Shown here: positions 19,701 through 28,531 of the stretch, one piece after another
Layout: every line of letters begins with the position of its first letter
Position numbering within the stretch: position 1 is the stretch's first letter
Assembly: GCA_937928045.1 (NCBI GenBank)
Contig: CALFWO010000005.1
Coordinates: forward strand, 162,726-226,725
DNA: 64,000 nucleotides
Direction of reading: 5' to 3'
Origin: an uncultured Saprospiraceae bacterium
Lineage (GTDB): Bacteria; Bacteroidota; Bacteroidia; Chitinophagales; Saprospiraceae
Notes under the pieces: model-generated
What the model saw: only the letters and a program-made list of their open reading frames with translations
Databases searched by the model: none
What the model was told of the DNA's origin: nothing
Translations under genes and position numbers: made by a program

Positions 19701-22578
19701 AAAATGCGACAACTGTACCTTCGTCATCAACTGTAATGTTGTATCCTGGTTCATTATTGCCACAAAAGTTATTGAATAATGCGACAGTTGTATTTGAAGG
19801 ACTGGTTAAAGAAATAGCCAAATCGCCCATCCAACTATGGCTTACAACTAAGTTGGTTACATTGAGATCATTGATTGTAACTCCATTAGAAATATTGATT
19901 GTGGAGGTTATCGTGTTGTCATTAATATTTATAGGAATATCCGTTGATGAGTAATTAGTAACGATGTCATCTCCTACTCCAGATAAACAAGATTGATAGA
20001 CAAATTGATCGGGGCCAGTATAAGAAGTGGTTGGGGTATAAGAATATGAACCATCATTGTTTATTGTTACTTGACCGTTTGTGGGAGCGTTAATAGGGGT
20101 AGTAGTGATTGTTCCCCCGCCAGAATCATTGGTAGATAAATTTCCTGCAACCGCTGTATTGATATTGGTTAGATTAAAGTCATCACCTGCATATGGAGCA
20201 TTAATGGCATCTCCATTAAGGTCTGGAATAACATCGATTACAACTACTGCTCCAGCACAAGCTTGAGGAATTCCGTCATCACATACTTCATACGAAAATT
20301 GATCTTGACCTGCAAAACCTTGATTTGGATTATAGGTAAAATCTCCGTTTGCGGCTAATGAAACTGTACCACTAGTTGGATGAGATGTCGGAGTAATATT
20401 TACTATTAGATTGTTACCATCGACATCTGCATCATTTGCTAATACATTAGCTGAAATTGAAACGTCTATGTTTGTGATCCCTTCATCCGCATTTGCAATG
20501 ACTTCATTGTTTGAAAATGATGGAGCGGAAGTAACGGTAATGACTACTGTCGCTGTATCACAGGCGGAAGGAGTTCCATTATCACAAATTATATATTCAA
20601 ATTGATCTTGGCCGACGTAGTCAGAGCTAGGATTATAGGTGTAAGATCCATCGTTAGACAAGTTTACGGAACCATTTGCTGGGTCAACATGGGGAGTTAA
20701 AGTCAAACTGATAACATCTCCTTCATTGTCAACATCATTCGTTAGAACATTTCCGCTAATCCCTTGATTGATTAAAGTATTATTGTCGTCGTTAATTGCG
20801 GTAATTCCATTAATGAAAATAGTCACCCAAGTATCATCGCAAATTGGCGGAGTACTGGCATCGCAGACTTCATACCAGAAACGATCCTCTCCTGTAAATC
20901 CGGAGGCAGGCGTATAAGTAATCTCGCCGGTAATTGAATTTATAGATGTCATTCCATTTTCTGGAAGTGTAGTAACATTTACTGAACCTTGTACAAGACC
21001 TGTACCTTGATCATTGGTTAGTACATCTATTAGGACAGCTGTGTTCAAAGCAGTGTGCGATGTATCTTCTGCTGCAGTCGGAACGCACCACGGAATGTGA
21101 ATATTTGCAGCAGTGCTGGTATGTGAAATCCACCAAGTGTTGATGGTATTGACATTGCCGTAGTCAAAATTGGTCCAAGAATGGCATGGAGAAGTACAAC
21201 CATCTAATTCAATTTGACTTGCTCCATTTCCTGGCACAAAGGGAATTGATGTATCATCGTAGTATAATTTATCAACAAAAACACTAGATGAAGGCCTTAC
21301 AATATCTATTGAATATCCATCAACTACATACTCTACATCGTATGAAGCATAATGTGTAACTCCTTGTTGTAATTTAAGAAATACATCTACATCAGAACCT
21401 AAATTTACTGCATTCCCAAAACCGTTTAGACCATTCCAAGAAACACATCGTCGATAAGGCGCTTTTTCGCCTGGTAAGGCAGATATACATTCTAAAAGTA
21501 AAACATCTTCTGAGTTGAGATCATATTTTCCTGCTCCGCTTGTACTATTAATATCTAATAATATTTCTACCTGTCCTTCCAGCGATGTTTCAATCCAAAT
21601 ACAAGCTTCATTTTGATTACAAATGTTGACTTCAGGATCTGCAGTGATTGTTCCAAGTGTACCATCTGGATATTCTACTGGATCAGGATCATTAAAGAAT
21701 ATTTTATATTGTGGTGCGACACTATAAGAATCTGGAACCGATTTTCGATCTGCTGCTACATCTCCCGTTGATCCGGTACCTAGTGCATTAAAGGCAATTG
21801 TAAAAAACCAACCTCTAAAACCTGAGTTCGCAAAGTCAATTTTGTTAACAAATCCATCATCTGTATAAGCATACACCACTCCATTGAAGCCGCGATCAAA
21901 ATTACCATATGGTGAAGAACTGGAGTTGATTGTAGGAGTAGTTTTAAAGGCCCAGTTGTAAGACCATAGTCGTCCGTCTATAGCTGCCGGAGTAGCTCCT
22001 GAATTATCCGCAACAGTTATGTCAAAAAATGGAATATCAATTATGGTTGTTGAAATTGCAGCTGCATTATCACTAAATTCTATGTAGTAATCCCCCGCGG
22101 TCATTCCACTAGGGTCAAATATGAAAGGAGAATAACCTCCTGCTCCAGCAACTGGCGCAGGTCCAGCAATGGCATCTGCTCTTGAGTTCACGTTGGCAGA
22201 GCTTGCATCTATTAAGGTAGGTCCGTATACAATCGTACCAGAGGGAGATACAATCCGGAAGTAGTATTCTTGAGTGTAGGAATCTCCCAGATAAGCAAAT
22301 GTATTAGGGTCTAAATTTTCGATTGCTCCAATTGACAATCCTAAGTAAACCAATTCAGTACTAGGGTCCGCAATATGAATAAACATTCTAGAATTAATGG
22401 CTCCACCATATTCAGCAAAAGAACCATAACTCGCATTATTGGTCATTAATTTGGTGTAGTCAGTAGGATTAGGATCTAATTGTTTTGTTCCCTCTGCGAA
22501 TGATGGACTCTTACAAAATAATAAGATTAGGCATAGAAATAGGAATCGAAAATTCTTGGGCAGCAGTTGTAAATGCAT
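16738..22578 (-). CDS. giant secreted multidomain protein (1946 aa): tandem cadherin/VCBS-like domains, proprotein-convertase P-domain, long thrombospondin-type-3 Ca-binding (DxDxDG) repeat tract, T9SS type-A C-terminal domain
   Basis: Signal peptide. About 5 repeats of a ~95-aa cadherin/VCBS-like module (…NDVDNEGDVISLT…GSYTYNPSSDYVGQDQFEYIICDNGTPSACDTATVVITV). P-domain-like segment (VSHSWMGDLAISLTSPSNTTVALFNN…). Dozens of DSDNDGIPD/DLDADNDGIPD motifs. C-terminal IEIYPNPVQGD…GNYFLV tail. Confidence 0.85.
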   Translation of the reverse strand: MHLQLLPKNFRFLFLCLILLFCKSPSFAEGTKQLDPNPTDYTKLMTNNASYGSFAEYGGAINSRMFIHIADPSTELVYLGLSIGAIENLDPNTFAYLGDSYTQEYYFRIVSPSGTIVYGPTLIDASSANVNSRADAIAGPAPVAGAGGYSPFIFDPSGMTAGDYYIEFSDNAAAISTTIIDIPFFDITVADNSGATPAAIDGRLWSYNWAFKTTPTINSSSSPYGNFDRGFNGVVYAYTDDGFVNKIDFANSGFRGWFFTIAFNALGTGSTGDVAADRKSVPDSYSVAPQYKIFFNDPDPVEYPDGTLGTITADPEVNICNQNEACIWIETSLEGQVEILLDINSTSGAGKYDLNSEDVLLLECISALPGEKAPYRRCVSWNGLNGFGNAVNLGSDVDVFLKLQQGVTHYASYDVEYVVDGYSIDIVRPSSSVFVDKLYYDDTSIPFVPGNGASQIELDGCTSPCHSWTNFDYGNVNTINTWWISHTSTAANIHIPWCVPTAAEDTSHTALNTAVLIDVLTNDQGTGLVQGSVNVTTLPENGMTSINSITGEITYTPASGFTGEDRFWYEVCDASTPPICDDTWVTIFINGITAINDDNNTLINQGISGNVLTNDVDNEGDVISLTLTPHVDPANGSVNLSNDGSYTYNPSSDYVGQDQFEYIICDNGTPSACDTATVVITVTSAPSFSNNEVIANADEGITNIDVSISANVLANDADVDGNNLIVNITPTSHPTSGTVSLAANGDFTYNPNQGFAGQDQFSYEVCDDGIPQACAGAVVVIDVIPDLNGDAINAPYAGDDFNLTNINTAVAGNLSTNDSGGGTITTTPINAPTNGQVTINNDGSYSYTPTTSYTGPDQFVYQSCLSGVGDDIVTNYSSTDIPININDNTITSTINISNGVTINDLNVTNLVVSHSWMGDLAISLTSPSNTTVALFNNFCGNNEPGYNITVDDEGTVVAFCSELNSGGIYQALNGLLSIFDGENSAGIWTLTITDNAEGDVGVLNSWGLEFESPNEVCTQATAYLLVLPDPVTDLDEDNDGIPDLKEVFSGDHDDDGTPDYIDPDFCMAVFQGVNGWDCSNGIPDPDFDLDGDGTPNYLDADYPYTIKDSDGDGYYDYLDLDSDNDGIPDLIEAGGTDVNADGLVDSLTDSDNDGLVDLYDDANALNPGVNEGTSLVIADTDNDLVPDFLDLDADNDGIPDLLELGGVDADGNGIVDNLTDSDTDGLVDLYDPSNESNAGSNEGIPHYLTGADSGDGTPIEICIGNCSPDGDGLPAHLDLDADDDGILDIIEAGGTDSNNDGMISDPVGTNGYSNGLDPADGGNPYFVATEDDPADLNTRPEYSSISGTGDSDEDDVLDFLDVDSDNDGIYDIYEAQETGNFLAAIGMDDDNDGIDNAFDKDSPLVTSNGFDPYNHDTEDQPDYLDTDSDNDNITDWQEAWDGLYDGDSRADNISDPSGDDADGDGLLDIYDNSDNDPSIFSWEGNPAEDINGNNGIDAGTLFSDNLLLLLPENGGDNLNQPDYRDQLIECGTQSAYYAISEMGGSLVSYSYNSASGKHEANANTGAIRATTYCSNEGWFYYYNPLEPTNILFAIKYNESNLGTIPINELVDYIELRLDADVSDRIVYNGNNALLVMARDWHVVFKREAEPNAMFDIKYYFDPAEFVALMDESNGLVGYGNPQLKWFKADQGGNISFNPSDITADSIPNMVDISGLATASVNMASGEAAIDTTVSGNGKNYIGFEGLPGFSGGTAVIAMSAVLPTELSEFTANEKDCEATLEWFTSSEENFNHFIIEKSRDGINFNPTDIIDSKGAISGASYSWNDHAINGNSYYRLKMVDQDGSIAYSKIASVLFDCEEPRSSIEIYPNPVQGDNASLHVICESPRNNPEFLIIDIMGQTLLRHRTNKEKGQISTKIDIGYLPPGNYFLVSRDLGLEFSKMFLKTE

Positions 22579-23007
22579 TTTTTCGTTATTTAAATTTTAT
22601 CAAATAACTTCCATAAATGAAAGCTGGAAAATAGGAGACAACCAGTATTCAAATTTCTTTTTTAATTATCAGCAACTTGCGTAAAGTGCCGAAAAGAATA
22701 ATTAGCAAATCTGGAATTCTGTGACGATTTTGAAAAATATATTATAAAGGATAGTACTATGAGTTAAAACGAATAAAAGTGGTTTTCCATTCCATTAATA
22801 CTATATTCGGAAAGCGTCAAATCAAAACATCATTAATGATTATTTTTGGAAAAATGAGTTACTTTTGCCTTTGAAATGGTAAAGAAACATTTACATACAG
22901 GAACTATTGAACTTCAATCTTTGGATTGTCATAAGCATCTGGAACTTCAGGTCGCAATAAACCTTTGTATGTACCTAATATAATTTTAGGAGACAAATAA
23001 TTCTTTA

Positions 23008-23050
23008 AAGCGTCCAATGATTCATTGGACGCTTTTTTTGTGATTTTTTT
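23008..23050 (+). terminator. strong rho-independent terminator
   Basis: AGCGTCCAATG-att-CATTGGACGCT forms a perfect 11-bp stem, followed by TTTTTTTGTGATTTTTTTT. Confidence 0.6.
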
Positions 23051-23421
23051 TAAAATATTTTATGCATAAATAATTAGAAATAGAAAATTAGTCTTTGAAA
23101 GAAAAGCATTTGATAGACAGGCATTTGTGATTTTCAATTTATCTACTTCATGGTGGACGGATTTTTCTATGTCCAAAATCAAACTTAATGTATTGATTTT
23201 TAGTTGATTGAAATGGTTTCTTGTTTGGAAAAGTGAATTAATCAATATAAGTTTGCATCGGCAATTAAAATTAATAATGATGTTAGAATTACTAAATATA
23301 AACTTACAAGATCTCCATCAACTTCATCAAGAAGTTCTGGAGCAATTGGATCAGGAACTGATTCTAGATTGGAAGCAACTACATTTTGAGTAGCTAAGAA
23401 ATAATTATTTCTAGTTCAGAA

Positions 23422-23457
23422 AAGCAGCTTCCATATTTTGGGAGCTGCTTTTTTTAT
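23422..23457 (+). terminator. rho-independent terminator upstream of tRNA cluster
   Basis: AAGCAGCTTCC…GGAGCTGCTT stem with one bulge, followed by TTTTTTTATT. Confidence 0.5.
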
Positions 23458-23500
23458 TGGGATTAATGACTTTAGTCTCAATTTTTTCTGGAAAAATAAT

Positions 23501-23573
23501 AGTGCTGTAACTCAATGGCTAGAGTACTCGACTGTCTATCGAGAAGTTGCGGGTTCAAATCCCGTCAGCACTG
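23501..23573 (+). tRNA. tRNA-Asp (anticodon GTC)
   Basis: Manual fold: acceptor AGTGCTG/CAGCACT, D-stem ACTC/GAGT, anticodon stem CTCGA/TCGAG with loop CTGTCTA, T-arm GCGGG-TTCAAAT-CCCGT, 73 nt. Non-G first base and U37 are slightly unusual. Confidence 0.7.
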
Positions 23574-23578
23574 CAGAT

Positions 23579-23650
23579 GCTCCGTTGGTATAATGGCTAG
23601 TACGTCCGACTTTCCATCGGGAGATAAGGGTTCGATTCCCTTACGGAGTA
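23579..23650 (+). tRNA. tRNA-Glu (anticodon TTC), CCA encoded
   Basis: Acceptor GCTCCGT/ACGGAGT (G1·U72). Anticodon stem TCCGA/TCGGG with loop CTTTCCA. T-arm AAGGG-TTCGATT-CCCTT. Discriminator A followed by genomic CCA. C37 is atypical. Confidence 0.65.
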
Positions 23651-23745
23651 CCAAATATGCATTGAAATAATCCTATGTTGTAATGGTAGCAAATCAAAAT
23701 TTGACTTTGACAGAATAGGTTTGATTCCTGTTAGGATTTCAACAA

Positions 23746-23819
23746 GCGGGGGTGGCGAAAATGGCAAACGCGTCTGATTTAGAATCAGATTTCTGAGGGT
23801 TCGAATCCCTCTCCCTGTA
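23746..23819 (+). tRNA. non-canonical tRNA-like gene: Leu-type anticodon loop (UU-UAG-AA) but class-I (short variable arm) architecture and G·U-rich acceptor; possible pseudo-tRNA
   Basis: Acceptor GCGGGGG/TCCCTGT pairs only with three G·U wobbles. D-arm has a 3-bp stem and 11-nt loop (class-II-like). Anticodon stem TCTGA/TCAGA with loop TTTAGAA. Variable region is only TTTCT. Canonical T-arm GAGGG-TTCGAAT-CCCTC. Confidence 0.4.
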
Positions 23820-23837
23820 CAATTTTAAATTCAATAT

Positions 23838-23911
23838 GTTGACTATAGTTTAATTGGCGAGAATACCTCAATGTGAATGAGGAGGATCGGGTTCGAATCC
23901 CGCTAGTCAAC
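23838..23911 (+). tRNA. tRNA-His (anticodon GTG) with encoded G-1 and genomic CCA
   Basis: 8-bp acceptor including G-1:C73 (G-TTGACTA / TAGTCAA-C). Anticodon stem CCTCA/TGAGG with loop ATGTGAA. T-loop TTCGAAT. CCA follows the discriminator. Confidence 0.75.
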
Positions 23912-23925
23912 CCATTTTTTAACCA

Positions 23926-26523
23926 TCACCTCAACAAAGTCAAATCTCCAAAAATAGTTCGTGTCGTTCCGTCTTTCAATTCTAATTCCAAACGATAGAT
24001 ATAAACTCCGGTATCTCCGATTTGACCATTGATTTTTCCATCCCAAAAATCTCCAAAGAAATCGGGATCAATATTTCCTTTAGAAAAGACATTGGCACCC
24101 CAGCGGTTGAATACATCTATTTTCTTAATATTAAATATTGCGCATCCCGGGAATATTTGAAAAACATCGTTTTGGCCATCATTGTTAGGACTAATCGCAC
24201 TAGGAGTATAAAGTAAATTTTCAGTATCTAGTAGAAATCTGACGGCAGAAGTATCTGTGCAGTTGTAATCATTGGCGACTACAAGTTTATAATAAGGATC
24301 AAAAGGGATCAATATTTCCGGTGTTGGGCAGTTGTAACAAGTTAAACCTCGCTGAGGAATCCATTCATAAATCACATTATTGTCGCCACTGATTTGTGGT
24401 TCTATTTTCATGGAATAACACATATCTGTTAGAATGGTATCTGGTAAAATTATCGTTGGAGAAGGAAGTAATTCTATATTTAGAAAATTGCTATCAGAAC
24501 ATATTCCATTATTCAATATGAGATTATATTGACCGGACTGCGCTGAGGACATCGAAGCCACATTCAATTCTCGATCAAAACTTTGATCTCCGTTTGGATC
24601 TCTCCAAATATAAGTTTTAATATCTCCATTGCCTTCTGCGATCAGATTCATTGGTTCTCTTTGGCAGTACTCTTTTTTTCCAATGATTTCAGTTTGAATA
24701 TCTGGGGCCACTTCTACTTCAATAGTTCTAATTTGCTCACAAAATCCTAAACTCGCAATCATGTTATAAGTGCCACTGTTTATTGGCTGAGCATTTAAAA
24801 GAGAAGTCTGAAAATCATTGGAACTTAAGCCGGGTCCATCCCATTCAATCGTAGAGCCTGGAGAAGCCTCGGCGATAAAAGTCAATGTTGAATATGCACA
24901 GACTGGACTATTACTCTCAGCTGATGCAGCCAACAATTCATTGGGTGCGACGACATCAATGGTTGTATCTTTCATTTCAAAGCTGCAGTTACTACTTTGG
25001 GGGGTAATTGCAAATAGGGTGTATTCTCCAGGAAGAATATTTTGAATTGAAAAAGAATTCGAATTGTCAATATCGACTATCCATGAATTTTCTTCGTAAT
25101 TTTCATTCCTTAGTTTGACTTCATAGGTTTCATTAGGAATAAAAACTGGAGAAGAAAGTTGTACAATGACGTCATCAACATCGAAGCAATTTGATGGTTG
25201 TGTTACATTAATTTGAAAGTCATTTAATATTTGTGCGTTGCCAATTACTGTCGTTGGATCTCCGATAGTTCCGCTTGTTCCAGGGTCGTCAGAAGGAAGT
25301 ATATTTCCAAATCTGTCTGGTAAATTTAGTAGAAAGGCTTGGTTGTCTACGAAATCTATTGGAATATCATTAACTAAAATATCAACATTGATGTTGATAA
25401 CGCCACCTATCGGAATTTGAAGATCCTCGATTTCTAAATTTGAGAATCCTATTCCAGTGCCTGCCCGAATATTTCCATCGAAATTGCCAGTAATATTTTC
25501 AATGATCATTCCTTGAGGAAAGCTATCTTGAAAAAAAACCTCGGAGATACCAAGTGGGAATCTATTTACAATGCTAAAGTTATAGGTGATCTTTGAATCA
25601 GTGCAAAGCACATCTTTTGGATTAACATTGCATTGGAAAGTTAGGGTGTATGGGCAAGAGCAACCATCACTGGTTAAGGCAGTAGGTCCGTTCCATGGGA
25701 AAACTGAAGAGGAACCAGTGAATTTGTCAATTTGAATTAATTTATTTTGTCTTAGAATCAATCCGGATTCGGTAGAACCGTAGCCGAAAAGATTCCCTTC
25801 TACATCGAAAAAAAGACTTCCGATTTTACGTACTTCGTTAGTTGATAATTTTCCTACGGGAGTAACCATTCCAAAATTTGGGTCATTGGGATTTATGTTA
25901 ATCCGATGTAAAAATCCTCTAGTTGATACCGGTTCTAAATCCGTGGTAATGTAGTTCCCTTGATAAGCATAAGCAAAATTTGAATTGGTAGGGTCAATGG
26001 CGAGATCTCCAAGTTTTGCTGTGAATGTTCCGCTATTAATAGATTCTGAATCCCAGAAAAGTTCTTCGCTTTTCACAAGTTCGAATGAGTTGATCACATC
26101 AAATATTAAAATTTGATCCAAGTTGTTTTCTATACATAAATATTGGCCGGTGGGTGTGCAATCCCCCGCAGTAATATCTGGTGAACTTACGACTGCTGGA
26201 TCTCCAATAATCTCAAAACTTTCGTCTGCTTTTAGTCGAACAATATTATTACTGATTTGATCTATTCCATAGATGTAGTTGTCGACTAAATTGTATCCTA
26301 AGGCATCAAATTGTCCTCCTTGAAAAGATTTTATGGGATCAAAAAAGAGTGTTCCAAATGGTCCAAAATTTACCTTGCTTGTTTGGTTAAATGCGGCATT
26401 TTGATTGTAAGATATGAGAAGATTGCCATCACAAGAAAATGTTTGACAAATTAGGCTTGTTGTATAAAGACTAAACACTAGAATATAAAAAACACATCTC
26501 ATCATTTTCACAAATCTGATCAC
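23926..26523 (-). CDS. large secreted protein (865 aa) with Ig-like/beta-sandwich repeats and T9SS type-B (gliding-motility-associated, CHU_C-like) C-terminal domain
   Basis: Signal peptide. C-terminal …YTPSAISPNNDGQNDVFQIF…VFNRWGANVF…WDGKINGQIGDTGVYIYRLEL…GDLTLLR matches the type-B sorting domain pattern (PNGDGxND…NRWGxxVF…WDG…GVYxY). Confidence 0.8.
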   Translation of the reverse strand: MIRFVKMMRCVFYILVFSLYTTSLICQTFSCDGNLLISYNQNAAFNQTSKVNFGPFGTLFFDPIKSFQGGQFDALGYNLVDNYIYGIDQISNNIVRLKADESFEIIGDPAVVSSPDITAGDCTPTGQYLCIENNLDQILIFDVINSFELVKSEELFWDSESINSGTFTAKLGDLAIDPTNSNFAYAYQGNYITTDLEPVSTRGFLHRININPNDPNFGMVTPVGKLSTNEVRKIGSLFFDVEGNLFGYGSTESGLILRQNKLIQIDKFTGSSSVFPWNGPTALTSDGCSCPYTLTFQCNVNPKDVLCTDSKITYNFSIVNRFPLGISEVFFQDSFPQGMIIENITGNFDGNIRAGTGIGFSNLEIEDLQIPIGGVININVDILVNDIPIDFVDNQAFLLNLPDRFGNILPSDDPGTSGTIGDPTTVIGNAQILNDFQINVTQPSNCFDVDDVIVQLSSPVFIPNETYEVKLRNENYEENSWIVDIDNSNSFSIQNILPGEYTLFAITPQSSNCSFEMKDTTIDVVAPNELLAASAESNSPVCAYSTLTFIAEASPGSTIEWDGPGLSSNDFQTSLLNAQPINSGTYNMIASLGFCEQIRTIEVEVAPDIQTEIIGKKEYCQREPMNLIAEGNGDIKTYIWRDPNGDQSFDRELNVASMSSAQSGQYNLILNNGICSDSNFLNIELLPSPTIILPDTILTDMCYSMKIEPQISGDNNVIYEWIPQRGLTCYNCPTPEILIPFDPYYKLVVANDYNCTDTSAVRFLLDTENLLYTPSAISPNNDGQNDVFQIFPGCAIFNIKKIDVFNRWGANVFSKGNIDPDFFGDFWDGKINGQIGDTGVYIYRLELELKDGTTRTIFGDLTLLR

Positions 26524-26623
26524 CTAAGATACAAATTTACACGAAAAGATGATGAGCTGTGTTAAGGTTGATAGTTTTGACTGGAATTAACATTTGATGA
26601 AAAGTCCATTTTGCGATTGTCAG

Positions 26624-27847
26624 TTACTGAACTTTAAAGATTTGATCTCGGCCAAGTAATCTGCCTGAATCATCGAAAAGTCCAAGCCAATAATTTCCTA
26701 TCTCCAATAGACTTAGGTCAATGTAATTGCCTACTTTTTTACCTGAAGCGACCTTATGGCCCAAGTTGTTGTATATGATATATTCTGTAAAGTCTACTAA
26801 TCCTTCTATCGTTAATTGATCACGAACAGGATTTGGATAAAGATTTAACTGTTGTAATGATATTTCATTATTGCGAGTGGTGGCGATTTCATATTTCACT
26901 AATCCCATGGAACTTGCCATCCATAAATTTCCTGCCTGATCACATTTCATTTGCCTAATATTCGCAGTAGGAAGTTCTGAAACAAAAGGGAGAAAATGGG
27001 TAAATGAGTTTTCTTCAAAACTACTAAGTGCATTATATTCAAAACCACCAATCCATATTTTATCATTGTTATCAATAGCGATCTTTGAAGGACTATTAGA
27101 GTGAATATCCGAATTATCCATGTTGTAGATATCAAAGTTATCGATACCATCAAAATGTAAGAGACCTTGGTCCTCTTGGACCAACCAAACATCTCCATTA
27201 CCATCTGTAACAAGGTCAAGAATATCTCCAAAAGGGATGTTGGTATTATTAGGATCAAACTTAGTGATGATATTGTCTTTGATTTTATAAAGTGCTGAAT
27301 TTCCACCAACCCAGAGTGTTTGATTTTGATGATCAAAGATTGACGATTTTGAAAATTTAACTTCGCTCAAATTATTCCAGCTCGTTCCGTCAAAGGATTG
27401 CATTTCATTCCCTGAGCCAAGACCGACATAAAGAATATCATTTTGATTGTCTTTTGCCATGGTTAGAACTGCATCAACTGTCATATCAGAATTCTGACTG
27501 GTCCATGTTTCAAAACTTTCATTGTTATAATCAATACGACTCAGTCCTCCATAGCTACAAACTTCAACAATCCCATCATTGGCGACCATATCAGTGGCGC
27601 GTCCCTGTAAGAGCCCCAGATCATTAGCATTAAGAACGGTCCAGTCTTCATTTTCAAGGAAAGCTATTGTCTCTCCAGTGGAGGTTGCATTTGTGCCAAC
27701 CCAAATAAGCCCAGTACTTTGATCTATGGCTAAAGCTTGTAAAGAATTATCCATATCAGGATTATTGTAATTGAAAAATTCTTGTGCATTAATAACTGAG
27801 CTAAAAGCTACTAGGAAAATTGCAACTAGTGTAAAAGTTGATTTCAT
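26624..27847 (-). CDS. secreted beta-propeller-like protein (two-component-regulator-propeller-type repeats) with T9SS type-A C-terminal domain
   Basis: Signal peptide. Repeated …LWVGT/LWVGG…, ILYVGL, IWIGG, LWMAS strands. C-terminal LNLYPNPVRDQLTIEG…GNYWLGLF tail. Confidence 0.7.
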   Translation of the reverse strand: MKSTFTLVAIFLVAFSSVINAQEFFNYNNPDMDNSLQALAIDQSTGLIWVGTNATSTGETIAFLENEDWTVLNANDLGLLQGRATDMVANDGIVEVCSYGGLSRIDYNNESFETWTSQNSDMTVDAVLTMAKDNQNDILYVGLGSGNEMQSFDGTSWNNLSEVKFSKSSIFDHQNQTLWVGGNSALYKIKDNIITKFDPNNTNIPFGDILDLVTDGNGDVWLVQEDQGLLHFDGIDNFDIYNMDNSDIHSNSPSKIAIDNNDKIWIGGFEYNALSSFEENSFTHFLPFVSELPTANIRQMKCDQAGNLWMASSMGLVKYEIATTRNNEISLQQLNLYPNPVRDQLTIEGLVDFTEYIIYNNLGHKVASGKKVGNYIDLSLLEIGNYWLGLFDDSGRLLGRDQIFKVQ

Positions 27848-27965
27848 TGTTTTTTTAACAAAGGAAATAGATTCACCTTGTTATTTATTAGACGATGAGA
27901 TTATTGGTAAATTCCATTGGAGGAAAGGCAGCAAATAGTTATTAGGGAGAAATGAGTAACTATTC

Positions 27966-28454
27966 TTAATTTTTCTTTGGAACCCATGTGCTGTGCATCA
28001 TTCTCAATCGCCAACCATCTTTAGTAGGAATTGCCAATGCTGATTCCAACCATTGAGCGTTACCTACAAGACTATCACCCTGAGTAAAAGTAGCATAGTT
28101 GTGATAGGCTATATTAATGGCATGGCCTTGTTTTTCTAGGGTCAGAAAGTCCATCTTGTTTTCTCTATGAGGTCTATCATTATTTGACAAACTTCTTTTC
28201 ATGAAGTTTCTTATTTCTTGGTTGGTCCATACTTCTCCGTTTTCCAATATGTAGAAATTTTCCGTATGGTATTTTAATATCTTTGTTGAATCCATTCCAG
28301 CCCAAAGGTCATCAAATGAACCCTGAATGAGCTGCTTGGCTATTCGAATTTCTTCAGTTGTGATTTCTTTAGCAGAATTGTCAACGACTTGCTTTTGGCA
28401 AGCAGCTAAAATTACAATTAAGGAGATTAAAAGGAGGGAAAATAGATTTGGCAT
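27966..28454 (-). CDS. lipoprotein, NTF2-like/SnoaL-like (DUF4440-like) fold
   Basis: Lipobox LAAC. 162 aa with a pattern compatible with the NTF2-like superfamily. Weak. Confidence 0.45.
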   Translation of the reverse strand: MPNLFSLLLISLIVILAACQKQVVDNSAKEITTEEIRIAKQLIQGSFDDLWAGMDSTKILKYHTENFYILENGEVWTNQEIRNFMKRSLSNNDRPHRENKMDFLTLEKQGHAINIAYHNYATFTQGDSLVGNAQWLESALAIPTKDGWRLRMMHSTWVPKKN

Positions 28455-28531
28455 ATAAATTTGTTTTCTTTCTTAAATGTAATTGAAAATAATTACTTCT
28501 TTGTGTAATTCTATCTCTTAACTAGCTTGAT

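Noticed and set aside
19293-20605. Several 60-90-aa plus-strand ORFs nested in the giant minus-strand gene (and similar ones inside 7640-10165, 23926-26523, 34921-43377, 52328-54991, 56604-57138)
   Set aside because: Antisense or off-frame ORFs fully inside long, well-supported CDSs with repetitive composition. No independent signals.
23579-23650. Alternative reading of this tRNA as tRNA-Gly(TCC) (loop UUUCCAU)
   Set aside because: That register leaves no complementary anticodon stem (CCGAC vs CGGGA). The Glu(TTC) register gives a 5-bp stem, so Glu was kept despite the unusual C37.
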